Assembly (NCBI GenBank): GCA_964016885.1 | Contig: OZ024741.1 | Span: forward strand, 75,826,001-75,890,000 | Source of the DNA: Eledone cirrhosa | Lineage: Eukaryota | Direction of reading: 5' to 3' | DNA length: 64,000 nt | Shown: positions 51,764-63,429 of the stretch, piece after piece | How the letters are laid out: each line of letters begins with the position of its first letter | Position numbering within the stretch: position 1 is the stretch's first letter | Program-made: the position numbers and the translations under genes | The notes under the pieces: generated by a model | What the model was told of the DNA's origin: nothing | Databases searched by the model: none | Seen by the model: the letters and a program-made list of their open reading frames with translations, nothing else

Positions 51764-53792
51764 TACCATAAAAATATGTGAAAAACGAGCATGCAAATTA
51801 TCAATTGGACCTAAAAAAACTCAGTTCAAAATGCATGATACATTGTTGATGCAACAAGCTTTTTAAGGTCATTTTATCCTGCTGAAGTAGGAGTTAACTT
51901 TGTGGTCCCCAGAATATGGGGGTTCTTTTTGAGGCAATGTTTTACAGCCATATGCCCCAGCCGTTTTAGTCACCTCTTCAATAGTATATAGGTGTTGTAC
52001 GTAAAATGGATGTGTGACATCTACTGGACTTACAAAACCTCAATTCAAAGTATATGGTACATTGTAAATGTATGTAAAATGAAGGTGTGACTTATTGACC
52101 TGTGCAACTTATACACGAGTATACATGGTAATACTTAGCTTTAAGAGATTTCAATTGCAATCATGTGATAGTGATGATGATGAGATACAAAATTTTGTAC
52201 CTTTGTAAAGCATCATTTTGTTATCAACTGATAAAAAAGAGGGAGTAAAGTCATCATAATGGTTGTTTAAAACCAGATGGAATAATATATTTATTTCTAA
52301 AGATAAGTGTTTATGACAATGTAAGTTTGTTGTAGACTGAAAAGAAAAGAAAATCTTAGATTTGTAACCCCCACCCACCCCTCTCTATATATATATATAT
52401 ACACACACGCATACAATCCTGGTCTGTCTATTCATCTATTAAAAATATATATTTTCTTAAAAAAAAAGGATGGTTATAATTTGGTTATTTAAGAACAATT
52501 AACTACATCAGTTTATTTTAATCATTTGGGTGTCAAAAAAATATCACAAGAAAATACAAAGGTTTTCTTTTATTAATTGTTACATTAATGAGAAGGTGGT
52601 AAATTGGCAGTCATTAGGGCGTTGAATTAAATATTTCGGTATTTGTTCTTTCTCTCTGCTCTACATTCAAATCCTGCCAAGGTTGTTTTTGTCTTACATT
52701 CTTTTGGTGTCAATAAATAAACTATCAGTCCATGACTGAGGTTGAATCTTCATCCACCTCTCTTTATCACTTTCTCTTACTCACTCTTCTTCTCAGGAAG
52801 AAATCAGTTGTGTTTAGAAATGGAGAGGAATGGGCACCACCCAAGACACTGTGTCTTGGATGGTACCCCTACAACACTATAAAGAATTAAAAGCCCTTTT
52901 CTTCATTAATGAATTTAATGGGGGTTATGATTTGGCCAAAACTTTTGATTAATTTGGTAAATTGTTTTTTTAAATACAAGTTTCTTAATTTGGATGCATT
53001 TCTGTTGTTAATTATTTCACCTTTTTTTTTCGTTAATTAACTTTGTAGAAGAGATCTTTTTTTAAATTGTTTTATGCAGAAGAAATTCATTATCAAATTA
53101 ATCTAAATGTTTCTATTAACATTCTTTTAAAATAACTTCTAAGTTTTATTGGGAATAAATTCAAATTTGACACTGCTATGATGCTACACTCTTGGTTTCA
53201 CAAGTGATTATAGAATTTTAAAATGGTAGGTTTTCTTTCATTCATTTGTAAAACAACTTTGAAAGATAGTATCTTTCAGAAGCCAATAAATGTATTGTTG
53301 AGTTCTAATATGAGTAAATGTGTTTTTCTATATGTGTGGCCAAGTGGTTAGTGTTGGGTTCATGTTCAATTTCAAGACAGGGCAATACATTGTATCCTTG
53401 AGCCTGGCATTTCATTTCACCTTACTCTAGTTCACTGAAAATGAGTATCAGCAGCAGCTATAGATTAGTCCTGTTCAGGAGTAAGTTTTGTATTCTCAGT
53501 TGCTTCATGCCCATGAAACCAGGATACATTCCAGGCTTCATTCGACTTCTGCAAGCAGGAAAAACAAATGTAAATAACTCCAATAGTTTGTAGTCAGAAA
53601 ATGATTACCAATATTATGATCCATTAAACCAGGTGTCATATTACCAGTAGTTTGTAGTTAGAATATATAACCCATGCTAACGTGGAAAATGGAAGTTAAA
53701 TGATGATGATGATGACCAATGTTATTACCCATTAAACCAGTTGTCATATTACCAATGGTTTACAGTTAGAATATTTCATTATTAACAATGTT

Positions 53793-54443
53793 AAATAATA
53801 ATAATATAATAATGAAATTATTGTGTACAGTGCTCAAGTGCACTACAACTCATCAAAGGTGCATGTATAGTATATACAAATGTCAGGAAAATGAAGTGTA
53901 CGAGTCATGATATACATGTGCGCATGTGTATGGAGGGGGATATCAGGTATAGTGTTAGTGAATTTCAGGAAGCATCGAGGTTTTGAAGGATGCAGTGTCT
54001 CGGCAGCTAACAACTGATGCCGGTAGTTTGTTACATGCTTCAGCAACTCTGAGTGTGAAAAAATATTTCGGAAAGTCATGGGCGCTGTGCTGTTTTCTGA
54101 CTTTGTAGGCATGCCCACATGTGTTAGACACATGGAAATCAAAAAGGTGCTCAGGGTTGTTGTTGGCAAGATGGTTAATAATTTTGTGGGTGTTTACCAA
54201 GTCAGTTGCCAGATGTCGGAGCTTCAATGTATCCATGCCCAGGGAAGCAAGGCGTTCAGAGTATGGTAGATGCCTGATGGAGGGTATTCGCTTGGTTGCA
54301 TGTCTCTGAACAGTTTCCAGGAGGTCAATGTTCTGAGTAAGATAGGGGTTCCAGACTGGTGATGCAAATTCTAAGTGTGGCCGCACCATAGCTACATGCA
54401 GCTTTAAATAGATAGCTGGAGAGCGGCTGACAAAGGTCTTGCT
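53793..54443 (-). mobile_element. CR1-like LINE 3' fragment
   Basis: VRPHLEFASPVWNP...LETVQR.ATK...YSERL motif; (ATT)n tail. Confidence 0.9.
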
Positions 54444-55393
54444 TTATGACTCACTAATCTAGCTAAAACCTACTTCCATAGGTTTACAGTTATAATATTA
54501 ACATCCTCTGCCTGTTTTCTTTGGTCTTTTTTCTACTTGGATCACCTGACACTTCTTTTCCCAATTGCCATCATCTGTTTGGGATTGATAAATAAAGTAC
54601 CCATCTAGGGGTGGTGGAATTGTTAATGAGTCAGACGAGATGCTTTGCAGTATCTGATCTGTGCAATCTGAGTTTAAATCTTACCTCCTTCTGCCAAGGG
54701 TTAAAACTGGCCGATGGAAAGACCAATGGAAGTATAGTTTCCTTGGTCTGATCTAATAATAGTTTTTTTTCCCCCTTTCCTTTTGTTAAATATTCTTCAA
54801 GCATCTTATGATCGTTTTGCCTGTTGGAGAAAGGGTTTGTCAAGTGGGCTCACATGGAGTTCTTTTTGAGGCAATATTTTATGGCTGGGTGCCTTTTCTA
54901 ATGCTAACCTTTTTAGTCACCTCTTACAACACACAAGGATACAGTGCATCTATTCTAAATGGACTAGACAATATGTTAAATAGTAAATAAATATACTTTG
55001 CTACATGTATCTAGTTTAGAATAAGTACACCATATCCCTGCATGTTGTAAGAGATGACTAAAAAGGTTGGTGCCAGGAAAGGCATTTAGCTGTAAAACGT
55101 TGCCTCAGAAAGGACTCCAAGATGAGCAAGAAGCTTTTTAAGGAACCATACATGGTTAACTTCAACTTTAGAAGTGAAAAATGGCTTTAAAATGCTTCCT
55201 GTTGCTGCTGTTTTAAGAATACCAATGCAATATTCGATTCAATATTTTTTTTTTGTTTTGTTTTTATTTTCATTTTAAATATCAATTGTTTGTTGTTGTT
55301 TTTTAAATAGAGAATAGACATGAATATGTTTATCTGTCAGGAGATTGTTTTGGTTTCTGCAAAGACTATTTAAAATATTTCATCTAACCCCCC

Positions 55394-55430
<37 letters not shown>

Positions 55431-55997
55431 CTCCTTTTGCTTATGGTTCACCAGAAAGTAAAACAGTTTTGAGAAAAAAAAAGTTTTTCCTTCATTAATT
55501 GTAAATCTAATGCTTTTCTATAAACATTTTAGGCACTTGTGTAGTTAATTTCCTCCTGTAGCCACATTGAAGGCAACTTGTCTAGATCAGTCACTTTAAA
55601 TTAAAACTGATACAGTATTGAGGGTACGCTTTAGTGTGATAGACATCTCTAGTGCTGCTTGCACAATAACATACACACAGTCCAAGGTATAACATGACTG
55701 GTGTTAGGAAGGATACCTAGCCTAAAAAACCCATGCCAAAACGATAACTATAACAAGTACAGCTAAAATGATATCATCAGTCTAAGCCATGCATGGACAT
55801 AAAATGATGACAATGAATGAAATGTTTATTACAAATGAATTCACTCTACTTTTATAGAGGGAGTTTGGTTTGTTATTTATATAAATTGAATGAGAGAATA
55901 TGAGACAATCTACAACTGAAAAATATTTTCAATCAATATTGAACGTGTTGTCTACTTTCCACTAGGTGTCAATTTTTCTGAGAATTGGGTTGACACT

Positions 55998-56453
55998 TAT
56001 ATATATATCATCATCGTTTAACGTCTATTTTTCCATGAGTTATATATATATATATATAAACACACACATTTGGATATATTATACTGTTTTTTTTTAATGC
56101 TTTTTTTTGTTTCTGAGGCCCCCTAAAAGTGAAACAATTCAGAAGTTGCTCAACATCTCTATCACACTCGGAGTTGATGTTGATGTCTGTTCTGGATTCA
56201 ATTGTCAATGTGGCAAATCCCTCGATTTCTGGTGTTTTCATGGATTGTTATGTGGTCTAAATGAGGGCCACACTGAATTGAACTTAATAATAAAATGGGC
56301 CTTATCCAGAGTTAATATTCCCTTAATTATGGAGACATTGTGGTTGATGAGAAGAGGTTTGATGGACTCACCCTTTGTCTTCAAAAGAGAGAGAGATTAA
56401 TAGCAAATAAAAGAAAGCTACAAAAAAAACAGTATAATATATCCAAATGTGTG

Positions 56454-56491
<38 letters not shown>

Positions 56492-56533
56492 CCCATGGAA
56501 AAATAGACGTTAAACGATGATGATATATATATA
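55998..56533. repeat. ~110-bp inverted repeat pair around a ~300-bp spacer
   Basis: 55998..56110 is the near-perfect reverse complement of 56405..56533. Confidence 0.9.
56110..56400 (+). mobile_element. strongly decayed CRE-like remnant
   Basis: CQCG...HGLLC...HTELN.IIK.AL...IP..ME zinc-knuckle segment. Confidence 0.55.
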
Positions 56534-56954
56534 TATTTATATATATATAGAGAGAGAGGCTGGATATAAGCGGAATTAGATAGAGTGTGCAGGAGAGCAG
56601 ACCGCATTAGTATGGCCATGTGATACACGTGGATGAAGAAGTACCAAGAAATCCCAGTGGAAGGGAGCTGTGATAGAGGGTGACCAGGGAAGACCTGGCA
56701 GAAGCGTCAGAGCTGGTCTTAATTCACTGTATCTCAAAGAGGAGATGATGGACCGAGATAATTGGGAGATGTGCTGGAAAGACCCCGTAAAACCCATGCA
56801 AGCAAGGAAAAGCAAACGTAAAACGGTGATGATGATATATATATAAATATGTGTGTGTATAGAGAGAGAAAGATGTATGAGTATGTGTGCACTAATACTT
56901 ATTGACAGTTAATTTTGCAGGGATTTGATCTTAAAATGTAGAGGGAGCTAAGAC

Positions 56955-57184
56955 TATATACAGCAAATACACCAGTTCAATACACAGCTGTCCCAGTACT
57001 ATATACACCAATTCAATACACAGCTCTCTCAATACTATATACAACAGTTCAACATACAGCTATGTCAGTACTATATATACACCAGTTCAATGCACAGCTC
57101 TCTCAGTACTATATACACCAGTTCAACACAGCTGTCTTAGTAATATATATAATGGATATACAGCAGTTTAACATACAGCTATAC

Positions 57185-57217
<33 letters not shown>

Positions 57218-57360
57218 AAAGTTCAAAACAATATTATACATATTCTTTAAACACCAGTTCAACAGTTTTTTCAATACTATATACACAAGTTCAACACAGC
57301 CATCTCAGTGCCCTGCACCGTTGTTTTTATACAAACACATTTGTCTTGACACACTATATA
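56955..57360. repeat. ~35-bp degenerate minisatellite just 3' of the CDIN1 stop
   Basis: Repeated tatatacaccagttcaa...cacagct...cagtac. Confidence 0.85.
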
Positions 57361-57365
57361 TTCCA

Positions 57366-58202
57366 TTAACTTCCAGTAGGATCGAAGAAAACAATATTTT
57401 GAGGGAAGCTATCTTTAAGAATGATTCCTTTTTCCTTATTGACATCAAGTTCATCAATAAACCCGAACCAATAAATAACCATACCGGCCCCAAATCGGTT
57501 CCAATAACTCCAGTATTGTTCCCGTAGATAGATCTCGTGGTTAAACTCATCGCCGAAAGATGCTTTGCTTTCGATCCAGTTGACAACGTAGCCGTCGACA
57601 GCAATGGGTATTTCTAATTTAATGTCGGGTGTTTTATCATAGCCTTTCTCCCTCATCACCTCTTCGCCGATGTAAGGTAGACCGAGAGATTCCAAGTTTT
57701 TCTTCAACTCGAATTCGTATTCGTGTCCAATGGCATGTTTGATACAATCGGTAAACGGTCCGTAGTGATCGTCAACTGCGATACATTCCAACACTTCAGC
57801 TGACAACACAGGATCGTCAATTGTCAGAGGAGATTTCAGATATTTAGACAGGGTCACTTTTGGAATGTGGTCTCTGTCAAGAGTTTCCATGAGATGCTCT
57901 TCCAAAACAATCCTAGCTAATTGCGACGGTGAAAAATCTGCTTCTTCTGACATCCGATATAGGATATGTTTTTCTTGTTTGTCACGAGCGACCATAAACC
58001 TTTTATAGTATATTGCTGTCTGTTTGGGATTGTAATGGTAATGGTGAGTCCGGCGGAGCTTTTTTTGGTTCTCTTGTGAATATATACTTCCCATCGTAGC
58101 GATGCTCACGTTTGGAAATTCAGTGCATAATTCTGATAGTTCATCACGGCGGCGTACATTTTTCAATTTTGCAACGATTTTCTTGTAGATGTCAAGCTTC
58201 AT
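57366..58202 (-). CDS. CDIN1: CDAN1-interacting nuclease 1 (C15orf41), TPD-motif PD-(D/E)xK nuclease fold, 278 aa, single coding exon
   Basis: Uninterrupted ORF from ATG 58202 (MKLDIYKK). Motifs GHEYE, GYDKTPDIKLEIPIAVDG.VVNWIESKASFGD and QYWSYWNRFG.G.VIYWFGF match the CDIN1 family. Confidence 0.93.
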   Translation of the reverse strand: MKLDIYKKIVAKLKNVRRRDELSELCTEFPNVSIATMGSIYSQENQKKLRRTHHYHYNPKQTAIYYKRFMVARDKQEKHILYRMSEEADFSPSQLARIVLEEHLMETLDRDHIPKVTLSKYLKSPLTIDDPVLSAEVLECIAVDDHYGPFTDCIKHAIGHEYEFELKKNLESLGLPYIGEEVMREKGYDKTPDIKLEIPIAVDGYVVNWIESKASFGDEFNHEIYLREQYWSYWNRFGAGMVIYWFGFIDELDVNKEKGIILKDSFPQNIVFFDPTGS

Positions 58203-58509
58203 TTTGTTTCTATGGACACCACAAAGTAACAAAATTCTCTCTCAGACTCTTTCAGTTTCTTCAATGAAACATCAGACATTTAAAAAACAGAAAATTGAAA
58301 TATCCGCGACAAAAAAGAGCGATACGAGATAAGGGAGATAATTATGGCGGTATAACTTGAATATAAAAAATATATTAACTGTAGGTTATAGATTACTTTA
58401 ATCAAAGGATTTGACACTTGTTTACTTCTATATGCTCATTTACGTAAGCCACTAACTATTATTTTATGTTTACAGAAAAAAATAATAAAAGCACCTAATT
58501 TTTATTTTT

Positions 58510-58998
58510 TTATACACACGCAAATTGACAATATGCACATAAGCACTTGGGATGCCATCCAGTGCAGCCTGGCTTCAGACAGACTCACGCGCCAGCTCGA
58601 CCAGCACCGCCTTGCCTGGTTTCGTGCGGCCTCCAAACCCCACGGTGGTGCCTGGCTCCATGCCCTGCCCTCCTTCTCCACTGGCACGCAGACAATAATA
58701 GCCTGCGCATTGGCGTTTCCTTGAGGCTCAGCCTCTGCCAGCCACACCAATGTCGCTGCGGATCCATCGTGGACTCTTTCGGCCTCCACCCGCTTTCCTG
58801 TCGCCAGAGTGCTGGCCCCCTTCCACGCCAAGCTGCCCTCAACGAGGTCATAAAGCATGGCTTGGACGCTGCAGGCTTCCCTTCCCAGCTCGAGCTGGTG
58901 GTGCTGGACCGAGGGGACGGCAAAAGGCCAGATGGCATGACCATTTTCCCATTTCGCTGTGGCAAACCCCTCGTCTGGGATACCACTTCCACCGACAT
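58510..58998 (+). mobile_element. CRE-like non-LTR retrotransposon remnant (zinc knuckle + PD-(D/E)xK endonuclease)
   Basis: GAWL.ALP, CRCG...H.LSC, LN..IK..L, DGKRPDG.T.FPF..GK.LVWD. Confidence 0.8.
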
Positions 58999-59289
58999 CG
59001 CGTATCATTCGATATTTAATTATGGTCGGTATGTGTATGTTTTGGATGTTGACGAAGACAGAATGTGAATTATTACTGTTATTACTGAAGAACACTAATA
59101 CTGCAAATTTTGAGAATGGTTTGTCTACTAGTAAACAATACCATATGTTGAGTTACTAATAAAATAATTAATTGTTTCTACTTTAGGCACAAGGCCAGCA
59201 ATTACCAGCAGTACATTACTGGTACTTTATTTTATCGACCCCGTAATAAAATAATTAATAATTAGAAATTAGATACTTCTTCGCTCACT

Positions 59290-59735
59290 TATTTCTGGGT
59301 CGTGGGAACAGTCATCAAGCATACCTTGCAGTGGTTTCTGTCAGAACCAATTGCCTCCAACTGATCCCCAAGCAAGACCAGCCATGCTCACGGACGTTCT
59401 CTAACCATCTTCCACCAAGTCTACTTCTAAATTTCCTGTCGGTTTATTTTGCTCGTAAAAGCTGTCCGGCGGTTCATTCCCGAGACATTCTAATCACATG
59501 TGCGTAATATCAGAGCTGTGATCTCTCAATTCGGAGAAGTAGCATAGCATTTCTCTGACCTCCAAGCTACGCACTCTATCGAGTAACGTTACCCCAAAGA
59601 CCCTTCGGAGGAAGACCATTTAGGCCGCTTGTATTCTTTTCGCGATCGAATACTTTCGGTCATTGCCCAAGATTTATGACCATAGGTAAGTGTTGGCACG
59701 AATATCAAATTGAAGATAGTGAGTTTGGCTTAGAC
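59290..59735 (-). mobile_element. decayed fragment of a second, more distant RTE-like LINE
   Basis: Minus-strand translation gives IFVPTLTYG..SW.MT, FLRRV.GVTLLDRVRS and HVIRM, with stops. Confidence 0.7.
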
Positions 59736-60087
59736 TTACCTCCCCTAATTTCGTGCTTACTACACTTTTCAAACTGCTAATTCGCAGAAGTACTTTTGAG
59801 GGTCCCATTAAGGTGAAAGTGAAATTTACTGACGGAAAATCTAAATCTAAAACATAGACGGAACGAAATTGATTTTTGTATAAATACTGTTACAGCTGAA
59901 AAAATATACTTAAAATAGAAAAATAAAAAATGTTAAATGTACTAGAAATTATATTCAGATTTCCTTCTTTCCGTTTCGCTCGTAGGGTATGTACACAAAC
60001 AGAAAATCAGCATGTCTGTACTAAGCACATTTCTACAGAAACAGAAATAAACGTATGTCGTTTTGCTAACCGCTTAGTTGAACCTAA

Positions 60088-60805
60088 TGATAATAATAAT
60101 AATAATAATAATAATGAAATTATTGTGTAAAGTGCTCAGGTGCACTACAACTCGTCAAAGGTGCATGTATAGTACATAGAATAATATACAAATGTCAGGG
60201 AAGTGAATAGTGTATGAGTCATGATATACATGTGTGTATGTGTATCGGGGGGGAACATTAAATGTAGTGTTGGCGAATCTCGGGAAGCATGGAGGTTTTA
60301 AAGGATGCAGTGTCTCGACAGCTAACAACTGATGCAGATAGTTTGTTCCATGTTTCAGCAACTCTGAGCGTGAAAAAATGTTTCCGAAAGTCATGAGAAC
60401 TGTGCTGTTTTCTGACTTTGTGGGCATGCCCACGTGTGTTGGACACATGGAAATCAAAAAGGTACTCAGGGTTGTTGTTGGCAAGATGGTTAACAATTTT
60501 GTGGGTGTTTACCAAGTCAGTTGCCAGATGTCGGAGCTTCAATGTATCCATGCCCAGGGAAGCAAGGCGTTCAGAGTATGGTAGATGCCTGATGGAGAGT
60601 ATTCGCTTGGTTGCACGTCTCTGAACAGTTTCCAGACGGTCAATGTTCTGAGCAAGATAGGGGTTCCAGACTGGTGATGCAAATTCTGGTGTGGCAGCAC
60701 AATAGCCATGTACAGCCTTAAATAGAAAGCTGGAGAGCGGCTGACAAAGGTCTTGCTGAGTGATGCTAAGACACCCTCGACCCTCTTGACAATTTTAGAG
60801 ACGTG
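60088..60805 (-). mobile_element. CR1-like LINE 3' fragment, abutting an LTR at its 5' side
   Basis: Near-identical to the 53793 copy; TRGH..K, FF.LRV..WN.L motifs. Confidence 0.9.
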
Positions 60806-61076
60806 TGTAGCGGAGTTGCGTCCCTTTGTGACGGTCGCGACTCCCAGTGGCAGATACGTATAGGTGTTGCGTCTCCCTGGGAACTATATATTTGAGGACA
60901 TCAAGGCATTACTTTCTCACTTCCTTCATCGGCAGCCGAAAGAAACACTTGAACCTTACCAAGAGAAGATTTCTGTTCTTCTCTACACACATGTGGTAAA
61001 AATTATTTCTATTAATTTATTTGACTTCTGTGAAGTAAAACCATGTCACAGCACTCACCTGCATTTATTGTCATTC

Positions 61077-61127
<51 letters not shown>

Positions 61128-61160
61128 TGATACTAACATTCTAAATTGGTGACCTGGCGT
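60806..61160 (+). mobile_element. 5' LTR plus tRNA-Trp-like PBS of a Ty3/Gypsy element
   Basis: Starts TGTAG; colinear with the reverse complement of LTR 61576..62180; followed by TGGTGACCTGGCGT, resembling the tRNA-Trp PBS TGGTGACCCCGACGT. Confidence 0.72.
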
Positions 61161-61575
61161 TTTAAAATAAAAAATAAAAAGAATGGGAAACAGTACCATG
61201 TGTATATAAAAAAAAAAAAGAGAGAGAAAAAAACATTTAATACAGAACAACACGCTTCATTCTGATCTGGCTGTATTTTACTGATTTCAGCATCTTTATC
61301 TGTAACATTTAACAACCAAACTCCTCATATGTGCAAAGCGAACATTCCATTTATTTACACACAAACACAAAACAACAATCGTATGAATGTTGTTTCTTCT
61401 TTCCTTCTTTTCTCTGGCTAAAATTTTTGAGGATGACAAGATGGCGGCTTTCTTCTCCATCAATAGTGTTTTGGGCGAAATCGTCCGCCATATTGGTTTT
61501 AGTTTTAAATTCCCTGCCTATACCTTGTTAATGACATCGTTCGGTTAGTCGCACCTTTGCATGTTGTCTCGGATG

Positions 61576-63317
61576 TTTAGGAGATTAGTATCGGTGTACA
61601 TATAAAATTACTAGAAAAGACAATAAATGCCGGTGTGTGTTGTGATAATGTTTTTACTTCAGAAAAGTCAAAGGGATTAATATAAATGAATCATTACCCG
61701 TTGATCACAACTCCTAGGCTGAAGTGTGTGGAGAAAAGGAGAGATCTTCTCTTGGAGGTGTTAACATCTTCTTAGGTTCTTAGGCTGCTGGTGGCATCCT
61801 TCTTGAGTGGTGAAGGAAAATGAGAGAGGAGTCAATGGTGGCATCCTTCTTGAGTGGTGAAGGAAAATGAGAGAGGAGTCAATGGTGGCATCCTTCTTGG
61901 GTGGCGAAGGAAAATGAGAGAGGAGTCAATGGTGGCATCCTTCTTGAGTGGCGAAGGAAAATGAGAGAGGAGTCATCTCATGATAAGGCCGTAGGTGTTG
62001 TTACCACTTTGGGATTCAGAAGGCGAGAGAGGGAGATCGTCCTAACCTGTTCCTTTTATAGGGTCCGACCGGAAGTGACCAACAGGGTTCTATCACCCCC
62101 AAAGGGAAGCAACTCCAGCTACTTCCTGTCTAGAGAGCGGTGATGAGATTGTCATGACAAGGGAGGCAACTCTTGCTACATTATCCCCCGCCAGATTTTT
62201 AAAACATAAAAATCGAATGAAACATGCATGGAGTAAGATGGCGAGCATGTAAGAGGCATGAAAATTATGATACAATGTAGTCAAAGTAAGAGAAGAGGTC
62301 AAAGTTCAAATGTTCAAAATACAGTTCACATGTGTGCAATCACATGACAGCAGGAAAGAATGTGTTCCAGAGAATGAATGCAGGTGTTTCTGGTCTGTGG
62401 TATAACGTGAAATTTCCAACTTCCGAAGGGAATTTCTCACGGGAAGAGTGCTGCAGAAATAAATTCTCTGGCTTGTTCTGCTGGTTTTGGTTGTTGATGA
62501 AGCTGTGTTGTTGTTGTTGATGTTGTGAATGCGTTGACCTGGAAGGGTCAAGAGGCCAGCGACCAGAGAAATAAGCATTCTGAATAAATGCGCAGTTTTC
62601 AACGGCAAATTTACGTGGTAAATTTTTAAACCGGCAAATAGAAGAATATAGCTTGATGGAAAGAATAAGTAATAGTTGAGATTCAGCGAAAATAAGTATT
62701 CATGTCGAAATGTGTAAACAAAAATCAAATTTCTTTTAAAATGCTCGTTGTAAGAAGAAACGAAAAACATATATATACATCCAGTGAAATGGTAATGAGA
62801 GGTACATAGTAATACAATAAAGAAATAAATAACAAGAACAGCAAAAAAAAAATAAGGCTCCAGTGGCCAGTTCACATAAAAATAGTTTGGCAGAACTTTT
62901 TGGGCCAGTGGACTCTCCGACGGGAACGGGTCGTAGTCTTTTATGTAGGTGAAGGTGGGGCAGAAAAGGAGAGATCTTCTCTTGGAGGTGTTAACATCTT
63001 CTTAGGTTCTTAGGCTGCTGGTGGCATCCTTCTTGAGTGGTGAAGGAAAATGAGAGAGGAGTCAATGGTGGCATCCTTCTTGAGTGGCGAAGGAAAATGA
63101 GAGAGGAGTCATCTCATGATAAGGTCGCAGGTGTTGTTACCACTTTGGGATTCAGGAGGCGAGAGAGGGAGATTGTCCTAACCTGTTCCTTTTATAGGGT
63201 CCGACCGGAAGTGACCAACAGGGTTCTATCACCCCCAAAGGGAAGCAACTCCAGCTACTTCCTGTCGAGAAAACATGTGATGATATTGTCATGACAAGGG
63301 AGGCAACTCTTGCTACA
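61576..63317 (-). mobile_element. internally deleted Ty3/Gypsy element: partial 5' LTR 62960..63317, pol tail, 3' UTR, PPT 62181..62195, 3' LTR 61576..62180
   Basis: Direct repeats; PPT GGCGGGGGATAA before TGTAG; TTTRSRRRVHWPK pol C-terminus near 62900; GATG on both flanks. Confidence 0.82.
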
Positions 63318-63429
63318 GATGCATTCTTTTTCCTGTCCAGTTGTTTGACAGAAAAATAAGCGATTTTGTTTTCCTTTTCCCTTGTGTTGGAGACATTTTT
63401 CCAAACGGAGACGATTTTTTTGCAGATTA

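Noticed and set aside
58203-58232. N-terminal extension of CDIN1 in the ORF track (MLLCGVHRNK)
   Set aside because: Starts at a non-ATG codon; the first ATG is at 58202
62306-62875. 189-aa hydrophobic ORF as an env-like gene
   Set aside because: Non-ATG start, AT-rich, no recognisable motif; lies between the pol end and the PPT, best read as 3' UTR. An HMM search would be needed to exclude it fully
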